Shown one piece after another: positions 1 to 14,577 of a stretch of 64,000 nt of DNA (positions are counted from its first letter, which is position 1; each line of letters begins with the position of its first letter). Below the pieces are notes generated by a model. The model saw nothing but the letters and a program-made list of their open reading frames with translations. It was not told where the DNA came from and ran no database searches. The DNA lies in contig NMRA01000027.1 of the NCBI GenBank assembly GCA_002633005.1, positions 285,265-349,264 on the forward strand, read 5' to 3'. Position numbers and translations under genes: made by a program. The stretch comes from Phoronis australis. Lineage: Eukaryota; Animalia; Phoronida.

Positions 1-3000
1 GCGAGTTGATACTCGGATATTGAGATTATAAATATGTTGTCGTTGCTAAGTAACTTGCGTCATTTCTATGGCTAATCATGGGCAATAATAGATCGGAGCC
101 GTCCAGTACCTACGGTCGGGTGTTAGTCACACTTTAATCCTGGTCGCATACATCCGAAAGCAAGAACGCATAGATGTTTCCTCAACAGCCAAATTTCATG
201 AAAATCTACCCTAACTACGACAAACAGAGGCAAACGTAAAAACTACAATTGCTACAAGGGGCGCGCGACTGCAGTGAGGCCCGTCCGAACATTCCCCAGT
301 GCCGTGTCATCCATGAAAGGAAAATGTCTGCAAAGTTTCACGAACATTCATAGGACAGTGGACCCCGAACAGTATGGCAGCATAATGCGCCTCCCTCAAG
401 AAACACACAGACACATCGTGCACCCAAGCACAAACGCACACGCACGAACCCGCCACTATGATACACGCACACATATACACACACAAACTAATATGTGGAG
501 GCACAAATCGGATACTAAACCTTGCTTTGGCCGGGTCTTTTAGTGATTTGTTGACTATTAAATCTACTGTAAAACGATGGTGGGTAACACTCCTCAACTT
601 CCAACAGTTTGGAACAATTTTGAAAACTCTGCTTAATCGACAAGCATGACGAACGAGTTACAAATTGACTGTGGAGAAATACCGTCCACCCAAATACTAC
701 ATGGTCCACTTAGCACATAATGCTTTCAACGCTATGGGAGGCATCAGCAGGAGACAATACCCGAGTCGCCAGATGGCGTGTCCGTCTCGTCCAAGATTCG
801 GCTCACACAGAAATAATGATAAACAGCACGTCGTGGAAATCGACATTTCATGAAACCGCTCAAAAATGGTTCGATAATGCAGCAATTTACAGGAAGGTGG
901 AATAGAAAAAATATCAAAATACAGAAATGTTCGCTTAGTATTGCTTTTGACGCTCGATTTTACAATATAATGCATGATTTTTTTAATGAAAATGCCGGAC
1001 CTGGTTGCATGTGGAGATAACCTGACCGGATCTATTAAGATAATGCGATAGTGTTGGATTAAGGAATTGATGGCTCATCTAAAACTGCCAAACAACATGT
1101 CCTGGAAATGGAGCACAATTTGTGAGTTCACTCAAAAATAGTTCGACAATGAAACAATAAACTAGTAATGGAATTAAGGTGAAGAGATATAGCCCAGTTA
1201 TCAAAAGCGAAAATGATCGCTTGGCATTGCATTTGACGTCCGATATTACAAGATACTGTCATGCTCTTCTCGCATGGAAATACGCACGTGCAGACAATCC
1301 GACCGGATCCAAGTAAGATAATACACGCCAGTTTTGACTTACGAAGTACACGAAGAACGCCAGCATAGGGCGAAATCACCAACAGGGTTTAGTATCCATT
1401 GAAATTGTTAAGTAATGAAGTCCTCGAAGTAAACACCATACAATCCCGATTTCGCAATAATTTCGACAGATTCAATGTCGTCGTTTTTACAAACCATCAT
1501 TTGGCAAAAGTCTACATGTTATCAAGGATTCACAGTGTTGGTGGAACTTAATTAGCGCTTTTAAGCAAACTAACATGAGAGCGCTGCGATAACATACATG
1601 TTGTTAACAGGTTCGCCATCGTGTTTACTGTAAAACGCAAACAGGATAAAAAATTGCTCTGGTACACGTACGTCTTATAACAAAAGATACACACATTACC
1701 ACCTGGGTTGTGAGTCATTCTCTGAACTTCTTGAACTCCAAACAACGTAACTTGGCTGGGGGGAGCAAAGGGCGGACAGACTCATAGTCTACATGATCAT
1801 TGCCCGAAGGGTACTTGACAAATCGACACAATTTAGACAATGAAGATTATGAATCACGTCCAAGGGAAATTCCCCGACATCACCATTCACCGTCGCTATC
1901 ACAATAATTATGACAACATTCTGCAGCTTTTTGACTGAACTGTGCGGCGACAAAATTTTCGTGAAAAGCCAAAACGTACCCCGTTCAATTGCTTTACGAA
2001 GTCCTCAGATGACGCTTCCAATAATTACCACAATAGCAGCGTTCCCATGTATTTCGAAATCCCGGAGATATTTAAAAAAAAGTTTGATCTTAGCTACGTT
2101 CACACATTCAAACAATAAAAAGCACCCTCTTCGCGTGAGTGATTTTTCTATTTTAGATAAAAGAGTAACACATGTTCAACAGGAATAAAAATAGCACCAA
2201 ACAAAACTAGGCAATACCTTTATTACTCGAGACATAAATTTAAATTTCTTACAAAAACAACAGCAATTGTTCCGCGCAAGCGTCGGTAAAACGGATCCCG
2301 ATATCTCCCGATGTCGGCAATAAGCCGAGCAACATGTACTACTTACTGCTGAGTGAATCGTGCAGACAAAGACACGAGTTAGTCTGGCAAACCTCACAGG
2401 GACTGATCGCACATCACATCAATCACGCATTGACGTAGCACGCAATGCATCAAGCGATCAGTGCTACTGCATGAATTGGCAAGCACAAAAATACGCTAAT
2501 AGAATTAGTATGTGCCTTTGCCCTTACTTCAGAACGAAAAATTCCCAGCAACCACAAATCATGCACGTCACGGGAGTACTTAAGATCAACAGAACCGCTG
2601 CGAACGCACGAGAGCAAGAATATCGGCATTTTCTTCAAGAACGAATCTTAAAAAAGCGCTAATTAAATATTGAAGTCTCACATGTCATTACCCCCAGAAA
2701 CTCTTCTTACTTCACAAGCTACGGGGAGAAATAAAAAAATGCGGGGTTTGTAAGACGTGACCTATCACTTCTAGACAACCCACAACGCCGTTGAAATGAA
2801 ACTGTAATTTGTCATCACCATTTCCGACAGATTGTGAAGGCGTTTCCCATGACAACAAGGTAGCTGATAAGAAATGCCCTTGAAAAAGTGCGCGTTCCAC
2901 AGGCTGTTTTTCGCATTGCTTGTGGCTTGCATAGCAAATGTGAAATGCACAGGCAATACGTAGTTTGGATATTTGTTGCATGAGTCACGAACGATGAGCA

Positions 3001-3931
3001 GATTGCATGTTATACCATCACAATGGGTCAATCCCATAGATCACATGAATTAGCGATTTGGCCGACTTTCAAGTCGCCCGGGAGAAAGAGTAGAAATAAC
3101 ACGCGAATTGGCATCCGCTCAAAAATGACGACCGTTTTTTTATCATTGCATGCAAATACGACATGTAGGAAGACTGCATTGGTTTCGAATATTAGTTTTT
3201 GGTGTGTAACAGTACGAGTGTATCAGAGTCAGTGCAGATATCTAGCACTGGCAGTTTGTAATTAATGTACATCAATTAAACTACCGTTCTTAACTGCAGT
3301 TCTAGGTAGGGACGCGTAGCCAACAACATAGCCGAACGCAGTAACTCAGTTGTCTCTCAAATAACATTTTCTGAAAATTTTGTTAACAATGAAGGCTTTT
3401 GTGAATAACAGCGGATTTTTTTTCGCTAAAAAGTGACCCAGTTGAGCGGTACAATTTGACCGTACCTTGTGAACGAGAGCACCAATGAGGGCACCGCATG
3501 TATTGCAATAAAGCCTCCCAAGACCCTTCAATAAATAAATTACAAGCTAAATGACTGTCGTCAGCCCCGTGATTGCTGGTTGACAAGGCTACAGACAATT
3601 CGCCCAGTCAGTTCATGATTAGATGTCAGAAATTAGTATTTCGATTGCTCACAAGTACGTGATACACTTTAACAACAAAAGGTCATGTTGATGATAGCTT
3701 TAATAATGCTAGTATTGTGTGCGGCTGAGCATCGTAACGAGTCACCAATAGTCCATACAAGCCGAGTTTGGCAACTCGCACTAACACACCAGGGGCGGTA
3801 CACAACACATCCGATATCTTGAACACAAGTTTTATGAATGGGGTGCTAGATGAACTCGGAGGGAACTAGTATACACAGACAGGGCACAATAAATAAAAGA
3901 AAACACGTATATATTAGGTGTCAGATTCTTA

Positions 3932-5632
3932 CTACGCTTTCTCCTTTTTCAAGTTCATTGTTTGTCCTGCCTCGTACTCTTCCCCCAGAATAGTGGCAAT
4001 CTCCCCATGCATGAACGCCCAAGGCACGCTGGAGCCGAGAAGAGGACATCTCTTGCCGCTTGGGCAGTAAACCTCTGACCCGGCGCCTTGTCGGCGTATA
4101 CTTTCCTTCGAACACGGGAAACAGAACTTGTGGTCGGCCACTGAAGGGCACTGGACGAAATGTGTGTCCTCCAGTCTTTGTTGGCACAGAGTGCATTTTA
4201 AGGACTCACTCCCGACAGAGTCGGAACTCGGCTCGCGAGCGCGCGATCTGCTCGGAGGACTACCCACCGGCGTAGTTTTTCTGTCCGATGGACTTCCGGT
4301 CACAGGCAGATGATCGGTAACAGACATCAAGGCTGCCATAGGTGAGCGTCCGTGGTTGGCTTGGTCCGGTGGGCTTGAACCACTACCAGGAGAGACAGAT
4401 GAAGAGCTGATAGAAGCAGGTGCGGAGGGGAAGCCGGCTGAAGCAATCGTAAGCTTCAATGCTTCAGCTTGACTTTGCATCCACTGCTGCCTCTTATGTT
4501 GCTCGTCCACTGACCTCATGGACGTCCCAGCGTCAAGAGAATCAGGCGAAGCCTTACGTTTGCGACAGTCCATTACCCCGCGACTTGGGGGTTTGGGCAG
4601 GGGCGCTCGACTCATATTTACGACGGGGTTGGGCAGAACAGGAAACCGCTTGTCAAGATGGGGTACTGGCAAAAAGTCTTTGTTCACAGATTCTTTGAAA
4701 AATCGCACCGACTCCGGCAACATGTCACCAAGCAGCCTCCAATCACCGGACTCGAACTTAACTTCATATTCCAAGTATTTAAAACCAGAAGAAAGCCCTT
4801 TCCCAAAATCCTTTAGACAGTCATGGTACATTTGTTTTGCAACACCGGAAGCACTGTTATACACAGTTCCCGAACCCGTCGGGTATTCCACGAATATTTT
4901 CAATTCGAAATCCGAACCTGGTTTTGCCATTGCATCAAAAGCAAAAACGCGACCAACTAGGCCATGTTCCTTCTTAAAACGCACGTCAAACGGGACGCAC
5001 TTCGAAAGTGTCATAAGAGTCTCACGCACAATTTCCGGTTGGGAAGGTGACGACACGGTTTTTCTGTCGTCTGAAACTTCATTCACATCTTCGGTTTTCC
5101 TTCCAGGTTTCGAAGCAGCGTTCAAATGACCTACGGACTGAGTAAGTACTGGCGGTGCTCTTGTTTGACCGGCAGTGCTCAAAGCCAGACCCGCGGCTGG
5201 TTGGCCGCGTGATAGTACCCCATTCTGTAGCCTCCATTCCTCGTCCGGTCGGTGGAGCGGCAAATGTGTTCCATGTTGACGGAAGTCAGGCAAGGAGATG
5301 TCACGATGGCCACGAACATCGTACGGGTTTAACCTGTCGTTTGGCTTAAAATGAATTGGTTTTGACCCGGTCGTAACACCTGTAGTGGGCGGTACAGAGA
5401 TGGTGTGCTGTGGAGCCTTCCGAGCCTCGTGAAACCCATGCGCACGCTTCATCTGTCTGGCTGACTCAATCACCATTTCTATGCGGTCGGCACCCTCGTA
5501 GTTCACGCAACCGCGGCACACCGGTTCGGAAAAATCGTGCAGCATTGCCCACGGTGTACGCGGCAAGTCACACAAATAACAGTGCTGTCTCTGAGACCGT
5601 TGAGGAATCGGCCCAACACTTGGCTCAAACAT
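3932..5632 (-). CDS. IRF2BP: Interferon regulatory factor 2-binding protein (IRF2BP1/2/L family; Drosophila Pits-like), intronless, 566 aa
   Basis: N-terminal C4 zinc finger [35 protein letters not shown]; middle domain [17 protein letters not shown]...GFKYLEYE; NLS-like RKRKASP; C-terminal [32 protein letters not shown]. Start context GAAAATG, stop TAG. Confidence 0.97.
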   Translation of the reverse strand: MFEPSVGPIPQRSQRQHCYLCDLPRTPWAMLHDFSEPVCRGCVNYEGADRIEMVIESARQMKRAHGFHEARKAPQHTISVPPTTGVTTGSKPIHFKPNDRLNPYDVRGHRDISLPDFRQHGTHLPLHRPDEEWRLQNGVLSRGQPAAGLALSTAGQTRAPPVLTQSVGHLNAASKPGRKTEDVNEVSDDRKTVSSPSQPEIVRETLMTLSKCVPFDVRFKKEHGLVGRVFAFDAMAKPGSDFELKIFVEYPTGSGTVYNSASGVAKQMYHDCLKDFGKGLSSGFKYLEYEVKFESGDWRLLGDMLPESVRFFKESVNKDFLPVPHLDKRFPVLPNPVVNMSRAPLPKPPSRGVMDCRKRKASPDSLDAGTSMRSVDEQHKRQQWMQSQAEALKLTIASAGFPSAPASISSSSVSPGSGSSPPDQANHGRSPMAALMSVTDHLPVTGSPSDRKTTPVGSPPSRSRAREPSSDSVGSESLKCTLCQQRLEDTHFVQCPSVADHKFCFPCSKESIRRQGAGSEVYCPSGKRCPLLGSSVPWAFMHGEIATILGEEYEAGQTMNLKKEKA

Positions 5633-8600
5633 TTTCGCCGATTTTCTCTCAACAATTCCAGAAAATAACAGCGTGAACTCCTATACACAAAACCCCAACT
5701 TCGTTCACCATTCTCTGAATGACTTAGCGCATGCGTGATAGGCGCCTAAATAACATAAACATTCCAACATATCACGTGTTGTGTCTGGACGGGTTAACAC
5801 TTTATGAATGAAATGACGCGACTGGCTTATGTGAACTCGTTCTTTGGTTGGCTGATTCCAAAGGTTGAACCGGTTGATACGCACACACACAAACATACAT
5901 GCCTATAGCCGGAAAGTCGTATCACGTATCTAAGCTGCGGCGTTTTCTCCGTTGCTTAGAACTGGCTGCCACAAAATCCCAGTTTCATCATAACATTTCA
6001 GTCACGCAAGCGCAGCAAGGATCTATCTAGACAAGGGCTCTAATTTGCTAAATCGATTTTTAGCAAAGACACGTGCCACAGACGAGAGGAAATGCACACC
6101 TCCCACGTAGTTGTGTTTTATAACCGGGATTAAATATCGGTGCGACGCACTCAGCGACGTGCGTCAGATAATAAATTTAATTAGACACCGCACGATCAAA
6201 AACTGAATCTCAAAAAAAAAAACGATTTGACTACACGGGTTAAGCTATGCGCGATAGCCCATTTTTTCAAGGGGCACTCGTGTCCGTCTGCTTAGGTTCG
6301 TTTCCTTTAGCACGCCCACGATTGTAATTTGTAGTCACACAAAAATGAAAAGAATGCGATGTGAGGTGGATCTCAATAATTGAAACCACAGACCGATGGC
6401 AAGCGCAGCCCTCTAGCTATAATTAGTACGCATCGATATTTACCATCTATATACATTTGCTACATGCATCGATACGTAGTTGTGCATCTTTTGTATTTTG
6501 AGAAGCATGACGTATTTCATGGAGTAATCCATTATAACATGCAGTCGAACACAGTGAAAGCTTCAATCTCGGAACTTCAAGCATAGAACTCAATTCAAAC
6601 AGCAGTCAATAAACTACATAGGAAAACATAGCTTTGGTGATGTCCATCTTGTTCGTGAATCGATTTATGCGATATTAGTAACAGCTAGTGACGTAATTCA
6701 CTCAAAGAGAAAATGATACGCAAAGTTAACAACGCCGACCTCCAAATCCTCACACAAATAGGTCTACGATTGTACCCGTCCCCATGAAAATTCCCCGCCA
6801 GATAAATAAATTTGCCCGATAATGTTACCAGAGCGACCAAGAATGTGCAGAGCACCTGACGTCATAACCTTATTTATTTGGAGCGATGCCAGTGGTGATT
6901 ACACCTGCTACCGCTGATTCCCTGATTTCAACCCGAGGTCATACGTTAAGAATTTTTAGCAAAACCACGTGTAAGTATGCCAGCAAGGAGGGAATCCCGT
7001 CATGATGTGTGCTCGTTATAATTAAGGAAACTGCACAATCTCGTCCCGTCTTCGGTCACTACACGGTGTAAATTTTCAAAGTAATACCGCTGGTGGACCA
7101 GAGACATAAAAATGAGTCGCTAAGACTGACAGATACCAAAACTTTTCAACGATTCACAATGTGCAGAAAGTTTATGAAGGCTAAGTGGATTGATTTCAAA
7201 ACCAGTGAAAACATTGACGAATCTTTACACGGCTAATCCGAGCTATTATGTGTCGTGACCCTCCCCCGTGACTGCTTAACAATATTTGGAAATTGCTTAC
7301 GATTTGATGAAGTATTATATGAATACAATTTGCCATGAGAAAATCGTCTCCGGGGTTAAACTTCCTTTTCCATAATGCGATTATTCAGCACTCTTGAAAA
7401 TAGCACAAAACGACGTCCACAAAGTTTATAATCCTAACGAAAACGACTATAGCAAACTCGAGCTGGATAAATACCCAAAGTTGAAAATTTGTTATTAAAA
7501 ATCTCTAAAAAAGTCATCAGTGCATTTAATTATGTTCCTAAAACAAAAATATCGACAGCTTTGAGAATTGTCTAATGCAACGTTACGTTCTGAAATGTTC
7601 AGTTCTGATAAAGTTCTGCAAACCACGTTCGTAATACCGTGACGGACTCAAATTTTTCGTGGGCATGCATTCGTGGCCATACTACAGTCGTGGTATGACG
7701 ACAGACAAAAGCGGCAGGATTTAATGATAACGCCTAGTCGATAATATATTTTGAACTCTTGCCAAGATCTATTTTCTGAGCCCGTGGGCGTAGGATTTCA
7801 CAGTGCGGTTGAGACAGCTGAGTGTTTCCTGGTCATGGGATCACCGGACGTCAGTAAATCATGCTGTGGTTTTTAACCGGGGGGTACTCGTAGGGGAGGT
7901 ATTCAAGACGTGCAGCTGAGTGGACCTTCGAAAGGGTGCTTGTTCATACAAAATTACTCTTGTTAAAGGTTAATTTTATGGACAACAGCAATCCGCACAA
8001 GAAATTCCTACATTTAGATATGTTGCGTCTCGGTAAAAATTATAGTTCAAAATTGATTGTAGGATCTGAATTCAATAAAGAAATATCTTGGTGGTTCACG
8101 TCCCTTGAAAAAGAATGGTAGTATGTGAAACATCAGCAAGAGTCAAAATTTTCTCAGAAATCACTAACAACAAATGAGTGCTTCGTATGGTGAGGACAGT
8201 GTGGATTTGCATCTTGCACACCACACAAATGGGAGAGCCACCTAACGGCGCCCCTGTCAAACATATCGTCGAAAATGTCTAAGGAGTTATGTTACGTCGC
8301 GGAGATCTTGGCCACATAAAATCAATCATGTCACTATTTCACCCTTCATAAAACAGTGACACAGAGTTCAATAGACTAGACTTGATCGTCAAGCGCATAA
8401 CCAGATAAATGATTGTTGGATAACTCGGGTATGATGACCTAATTCTAGTGAATTAAAGCATCCATTCACTTCCAAGGCACTTGTCTCCATATAATACAAA
8501 TAATACATTTTTAAAGCTACTCTTGCTATTTTGGTCGATGAAAAAGATCGAGTCTATGTCCCGATTGTTATGACATTTCAAAAGTTATCCCGAGCCCTGT

Positions 8601-9619
8601 GTGAATTTGATTTATTACCTTGCAATTTCCGGGGGGGTAATGAAAATCTATCGTGCACGTGCTGTTGAGATCATAAAAACTTTTGAAAGGCAGCCAGAAA
8701 TCCAAAATACAACTAAAAATGTCCAACAAAAATTGTTACTGTGCCATAGAAAATCGATGACCTATTTAAAGCAAGATTCTCGCAATAGCAGGTTCTTACT
8801 TTACTTCAACGAAAATGAATTGGAAAATCTCATTTACTTTAAAACGCAATAAGCATTTTACAATACTGACAAAATCGACCCCATATTCCCTACCATGAAT
8901 GGATTCAATTTACGTTGTCAACAAAAACATCTAAACCATCAGCGCGAATAAAGAAAATGCCCTCGAGTTTATTGGGTTTGGCTAACCCTAACATTCCAAA
9001 ATCGAAAACGGTGCATTGGCCGACTTGAGTCGGTAACAGAAACGGCATCCTGTCGTAACAAGAATAATAATGGGACCGAATAATGAAAGTACATGTCTAG
9101 TTCAATCTTCGAACCAACTGTCACAAATAATTAATCTTTCATTGACACGAAGCCCGGGTCAGCGACTAGGCTTGAAGATTAGTAAATCCTCACGTAGGAA
9201 AAGGTAACACAAAAGATGAACAGGCCCAAGCTTACTTTTTCAAACATTTTGCGAATTATGTCATAATTGGGGACAGGTTGCGTTTCCTGAAATGCGCGGA
9301 ACTTGGGAAGACGAAGTGCAACAGAATCTAACGGCTCTAAACCCAGTAACCATGGTAACCACTACAGAAAACCACACTGCTGACTTACAGAACACTTTTC
9401 TCCACCCACATCTGTTTTGTGGAACAATGTACCAGCCGACATATAACATTGAGTTTCCATCTGGAGGTCTCCAGGGACGGAGCACTCTACTAGTTAAACC
9501 CGACACAATACACTCTTATGCACTTTGCACACACTTGTTTCTCATAACGCCAGTTTGTACATGTACTGTAACAAGCAACAGTTAGGTGACATAGGCTAGG
9601 GCTACAGACACACAAATGT

Positions 9620-10158
9620 GAAGGCTAAAGGGTTCTTAAACGAGTATATGGAATTCCAAGTATGTCAGTAGGTAACGCGTAAACGTTTTAACTTTACGCG
9701 GGCATGTTATACAGGTTTTACGCGTGAGCGCCTGCATGTTTTACACGTTTACGAGTTATGCTAACTTTTAAATTGATGCGACTTACGATTCCCGAGCCAA
9801 TGAACTGAGGCACTACATTCACAAGATGACGTCGATAATCGTGTAATTAATACTTGACCCCTACACTAACGTGTAAAATTCAGACTTTGTACACGAGAAT
9901 GGCTGACAAGCGACGAATTGGCGACATTTTGGAAGAACTGTAGGGGCATAGTGTACACAACTCCCCATGTCAATGTGTAGGAAGGACTGTCATTCGACAC
10001 GCATTTCATGTCATTCACACGACTTAGGGTTAATTAAGCGCCTTTCGGGGTTGGATTGAAGTGCGTTCGGCGGTCGTGTTAACTCGTCTTCGCAGCACCT
10101 TAACCCGTTACAAAAATATTAACGTGTAAACGAGTCAACAAGAACCCTTTGGCGTTTC
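9620..10158. mobile_element. MITE-like insertion within a small tandem repeat
   Basis: Inverted ends GCTAAAGGGTTCTT / AAGAACCCTTTGGC; flanked by copies of AACAGTTAGGTGA...AGGCT at about 9577, 10164 and 10227. Confidence 0.5.
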
Positions 10159-10509
10159 TAAGTAACAGTTAGGTGAAACCATCTTTGGTGAAACAGGCTG
10201 CGGTTACGGACACACGGGTAACAAGTAACAGTTAGGTGATACAGGCTAGGGTTACAGACGCACGCGCAACACCGTGCTCTTAAACGTAGGATCGGAATAT
10301 TTAGTGCTTAATCGATTGTGCAAAATGAGTATGAAGGAGTCCTCCAACTGCTTGCTTCCTCGTGTCATGGTATATAGGTTTTAAAAACAGACATGAGCTG
10401 CCCAAATACCTCAGACCTGCTCTAAACTTTAACTAAACCCCCCAACCAATACACAATCTTTGATTTAGACCATTGATCATAAAACATCTGGTCTCAAAGT
10501 GTTCCTTAA

Positions 10510-10862
10510 ACGGACCCTAAACCCTGTTTTGGTGTTTTCAACTAATCCTTGTTCTGTCACCTGCTAATGGGTCATTGGTGTCCCACTGAGTAATAAAAGC
10601 AGGATTGAACTAAAAATTCCTGCTTTCTGTGTCACAGATTGGATTGGGATATTTTTGGTTCTTGGCAGGTGGTCTTGTGCAACACTTCTAAAAGAAGCTC
10701 ACCCTCGCCTATTTAGCAGACTTGTAAGGAATTTTCAATTTTTTATCCAAACGTTTGAGGGTTGTCATGGGTTAGGTAGCATTTCTATTTTATTCCAGAA
10801 ATTAAGTAAATGGAAAAGTTGTTTTTAATGTATGTTCGTAAGCCAAAACCGGGTTTATCCCT
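10510..10862. mobile_element. TTAA-flanked MITE (Kolobok/piggyBac-like)
   Basis: TTAA on both sides; imperfect TIRs ACGGACCCTAAACCCTGTTTTGG / CCAAAACCGGGTTTATCCCT. Confidence 0.6.
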
Positions 10863-11761
10863 TTAATGAAATAACACTTATTTCCAAAGACTAAATCAAA
10901 GTGCCCGGTTTTCAAAAATGGCATTTCGAGAGGCTAGGCATGGCACTTTTTCCAGTGGCTGATCAAGGGAGCACTTCCGTCTAATTCACTGCCTATATGA
11001 CAATTGTAAACCAGGGCCCTCAATACCTTGATTTTGGAGCAGAATATTGGCCCCATTCTTCTGGGAAATTTTTTAAACCTGGTTAAAAACGAAATTAGAA
11101 TTAGGTACTTTATCCTAATAAAATGTCTCACACATTTTTTGTTGTGGTAGGATTCTTATTTCTGTTAGCGGAATATATACACCCCGATTGCACACATACG
11201 CGCAAGCACGCGAGCACATGCACACACATATATACGTGGGCCCATAAAAATGCTCAAAAGTTCAAAGTGGTAAGTTAGATATGACAAAAAACAAGGTCAA
11301 CAAACAAACAAATCTATAACACAACACTTAAAGTGGACCCTGTCTACTAGACAATGTCAATGTAACCACTTAATAGACTACTACACATAAAACAAGCATT
11401 GAAAAACTGCAGTAAGGGGGCAGCATGAAGCAATGTTTGTGCACAACAAAGCACTAATACAAATGTCATCTCATTACGTTAATACCTCACTTAGAATAGA
11501 AATTTTTGGTTCACTAACTGCACAAGACGACAACCCATAAGTTGCAGATGAAATAAATGTTCACGTCAGCGCTTTAATTAGTGATCAGCAATAAATGATT
11601 AGCGAGGGGTAGGATTGCAGGTACATTGACACATGACATAAGTCGAGATATGTTTCAGTATCAAACCACAATTTTCTCACTTGTCATGACATGGGTATTG
11701 TAACAACAAGCAATATACTTTCTCAGTTTTCAGTATTTATGCACAACGTGGTCCAACAGGT

Positions 11762-13528
11762 AAACAAGAGCAACGCAAAACACTGAAGTGCACCCACGAC
11801 TGCAACGCAAACAGTATGTTTCTAGGACTGATAATTCGCATCATAAAAATGGCCGCTACATGGCGCAGAATCAATTGAAACCTATTTGAAAACTGGAATG
11901 TGCCATCAGACGTTAAAAACTAAAATTGCCACTAGGGGGAATAGCGGTTGTCAGAACCATCATAGGCCACATTTATAGTATAACACTTGTAAAAGAAAAG
12001 ACAAAATCACAACAAGGAGGTGCCAAAGTTGTCACATCTGTCCAAAAATCAATGCCTTCTCTCCAGGAACACAACTGTCAATTTTTTTAAATGATGCTTT
12101 AGCAGTTTGGAGGATAAAGAGTCGGATACCAAAAAACGGACTCTAAAAATAAATAAAACCACTTGCCACTAGGTGGTGCAAAAATATGTTGAATCCATAA
12201 GAAAATGGAGTTTATCGTCAACCCCTTAGTAGAAGCCTATCCGCCAAATTTCACGAAAATCCATCAATGAAAAAAGCTAAAACTGCCACTATAGGGAGCA
12301 CAGCAGTAGTCCAATGGGTCTGAACTGAAACTCATCATAACATGTTGTGAGATTTATAGATTACGTGTCTGTCAAATTTAACAAAGATCCTGCAAAGGGT
12401 TAAGGAGACACAGCTGTAGTGTCTGCACTAGGGGGCACCAAAGTAGTTAAATCCGTCTGAATATCATCGCCTTCTCATCACAAAACCCGTCTGGCAATTT
12501 TTACAATCATCTTTAAAGCAGTTTGGCAGATACGGAGGCAGATGCCAAAATTAGACTCGAATATGATAAAAGTTCCCAATAGGTGGCGCACAATACATCA
12601 AATTTGTTGGAAAAAGGAAATGCCATTGTCATCACCTCAGTCAAAACTCATTTCCCAAGTTTCATGAAAATCCATCCATGAACTCTGAAGATACACAGGA
12701 TAAAGTAAAAAATTTAAATTGCTAATAGGGGACACATCTATCATCAAATTGGTCAGAAACTCATCATTCATAGTCAGCTCCACATCTGCCAAATTTCACA
12801 AAGTTCTTGGCAAAGGTTAAGGAGATACAGGAACAGACGAAGAAACAAATCCCCACTAGGGTGCGCCAGAGTAGATCAACATGTTTGAAAATGTACACCA
12901 GCTGTCGTCTCTTGATCAGATAAATAATAATAACTGCAGGCTGTCTGGTAAATGTTTACTGTACATGCGCAGGCCACTCAGGGGGGCCCTTTGCACTGAT
13001 CACATGAAACCATTTTTATGCTTTATAATTAGTTAAAACCGAGCTGATTAGCTAGAGACCAGTCTCAAGGATCTAGTAGTGTGGCCCAGAGGGACTCGAA
13101 TCCACGACTTCCCACCAGGCCACACTGCCTCTTTTCTTCATCAGAAACACATTTCCCAATTTTCATAATAATCGTTGAAGTAGTTTGGCAGACAGAAAGG
13201 TGCCAAGAACACACTCGGCCACTAGGTGGCACAGAATTGTCAAAGCCATCCGAAAATACAAGGGTGTCGTCTCTTTAGTGGAAACCTATTTGCCAAATTT
13301 TAAAAAAAATTCCAAAGATACAGAAACAACCCACTAGGGTGCACAGCGGTTGTCAGGTTGGTCTGAAATTCGTCGTCATCTGTCACCAGCTTCATAGGTA
13401 CACACCTGCCAAACTTCATTAAGATCCTACCAGGAGTTTAGAAGATACTGCAGCAGACGCCAGACGTCCAGACAGAGATGATGGCAATATGCACCCACAT
13501 ATAAATATGTAAATTAGTGGAGTATAAA
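11762..13528 (-). mobile_element. Helentron-associated non-autonomous element (HINE/DINE-1-like) with internal diverged tandem units
   Basis: Reverse-complement homologue of 51955-53230: ends AAACAAGAGCAACGC...GTGCACCCAC and ATGCACCCACATATAAATATGT, GACG/GACA microsatellite remnant, about 10 units each with a CCACTAGG(G/T)GG-like motif. Confidence 0.75.
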
Positions 13529-13540
13529 CCAAAAAACTAA

Positions 13541-13633
13541 CAGTCAGTCCTGACAGTCAGTCCTGACAGTCAGTCCTGACAGTCAGTCCTGACAGTCAGT
13601 CCTGACAGACAGTCCAGACAGTCAATCCTGACA
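13541..13633. repeat. 13-bp minisatellite (CAGTCAGTCCTGA)n
   Basis: About 7 tandem copies. Confidence 0.9.
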
Positions 13634-13877
13634 TGCAAACCGACGTCGGAATCATTGGACTTTCCTAAAACTTGTGGAGACGTCACTTAGAAATGGGAAG
13701 GCGAATCTATGCAAACGGTGTAACATTTGAGAGCCACAAACTTAATGAACAAACACAGAAACAACGGGAGTAGCATTTTAGTTGATGATTGAAACTCAGT
13801 TTCAATGTCATGGCATAGCATCTCAGTATAAAAACAAAAAGCTGACTTTGAAAAACTAGAATCATCACGAGAAGATA

Positions 13878-13975
13878 GAGTGGCCTAGTGGGCTGTGTGC
13901 CTGCCTCCATTCCACAAGGTCATAAGTTCAAATCCCACTGGACTCCACTGCTACACCCTTGAGTCAGGTCTCTAG
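13878..13975 (+). mobile_element. Degenerate tRNA-derived SINE head
   Basis: TGGCCTAGTGG (A box), AGTTCAAATCCC (B box), then ACCCTTGAGTCAGG. Confidence 0.5.
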
Positions 13976-14577
13976 CTCCACACCTGTCTTATTTTGTTGA
14001 AAATGTCTGTGTGTTATTTGTATACATTAATAATGAGAAATGAATTCAGGTGTTTGATACAATGGTCCCAGCTGAGTGACCTGTGGAGGTTTGATACGAT
14101 GTGCATCAGACCACCTGCACTATTTTTCAAATTGTCACTCGATCACGTGAGAACAGTAAAAATCCATCCAATATTGTACAAGATGCAAGACAAATTCTAT
14201 CTGTAGACACACAGATGAACAGTAGTGTTGTACAAACAGCTCACAAGGGTGCGCTGCATGCTGGCCCTGTTTGTTTACTACTACATTTACTGCTTTGGTG
14301 AATATTGAGTGGTTTGTGACCTAAGTTTTGTAACCTGTTGTTGTAACTGTTTGCCTTGTCTCACTGTAATTCCACTTGAAGATAGGACATGACCAGTCTC
14401 AAAATATCAACGTCTTGTTAAGTATCAGAGTAAAGTCCTTGTCGATTTACTCTATTTGTGCACATAGGAGGATTGACAAACATAGCGGAGTTTGAACATG
14501 TGTCTGTTAAAGCAATAACTAAACAGTTCAGTCATGTACTCAACAATAACAGGAAGTTAAAAATGATAAAAAATCAC

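Noticed and set aside
4518-5129. 203-aa + strand ORF
   Set aside because: Antisense shadow of the IRF2BP CDS with no recognisable motifs. The same applies to 21647-22351 and 55219-55983.
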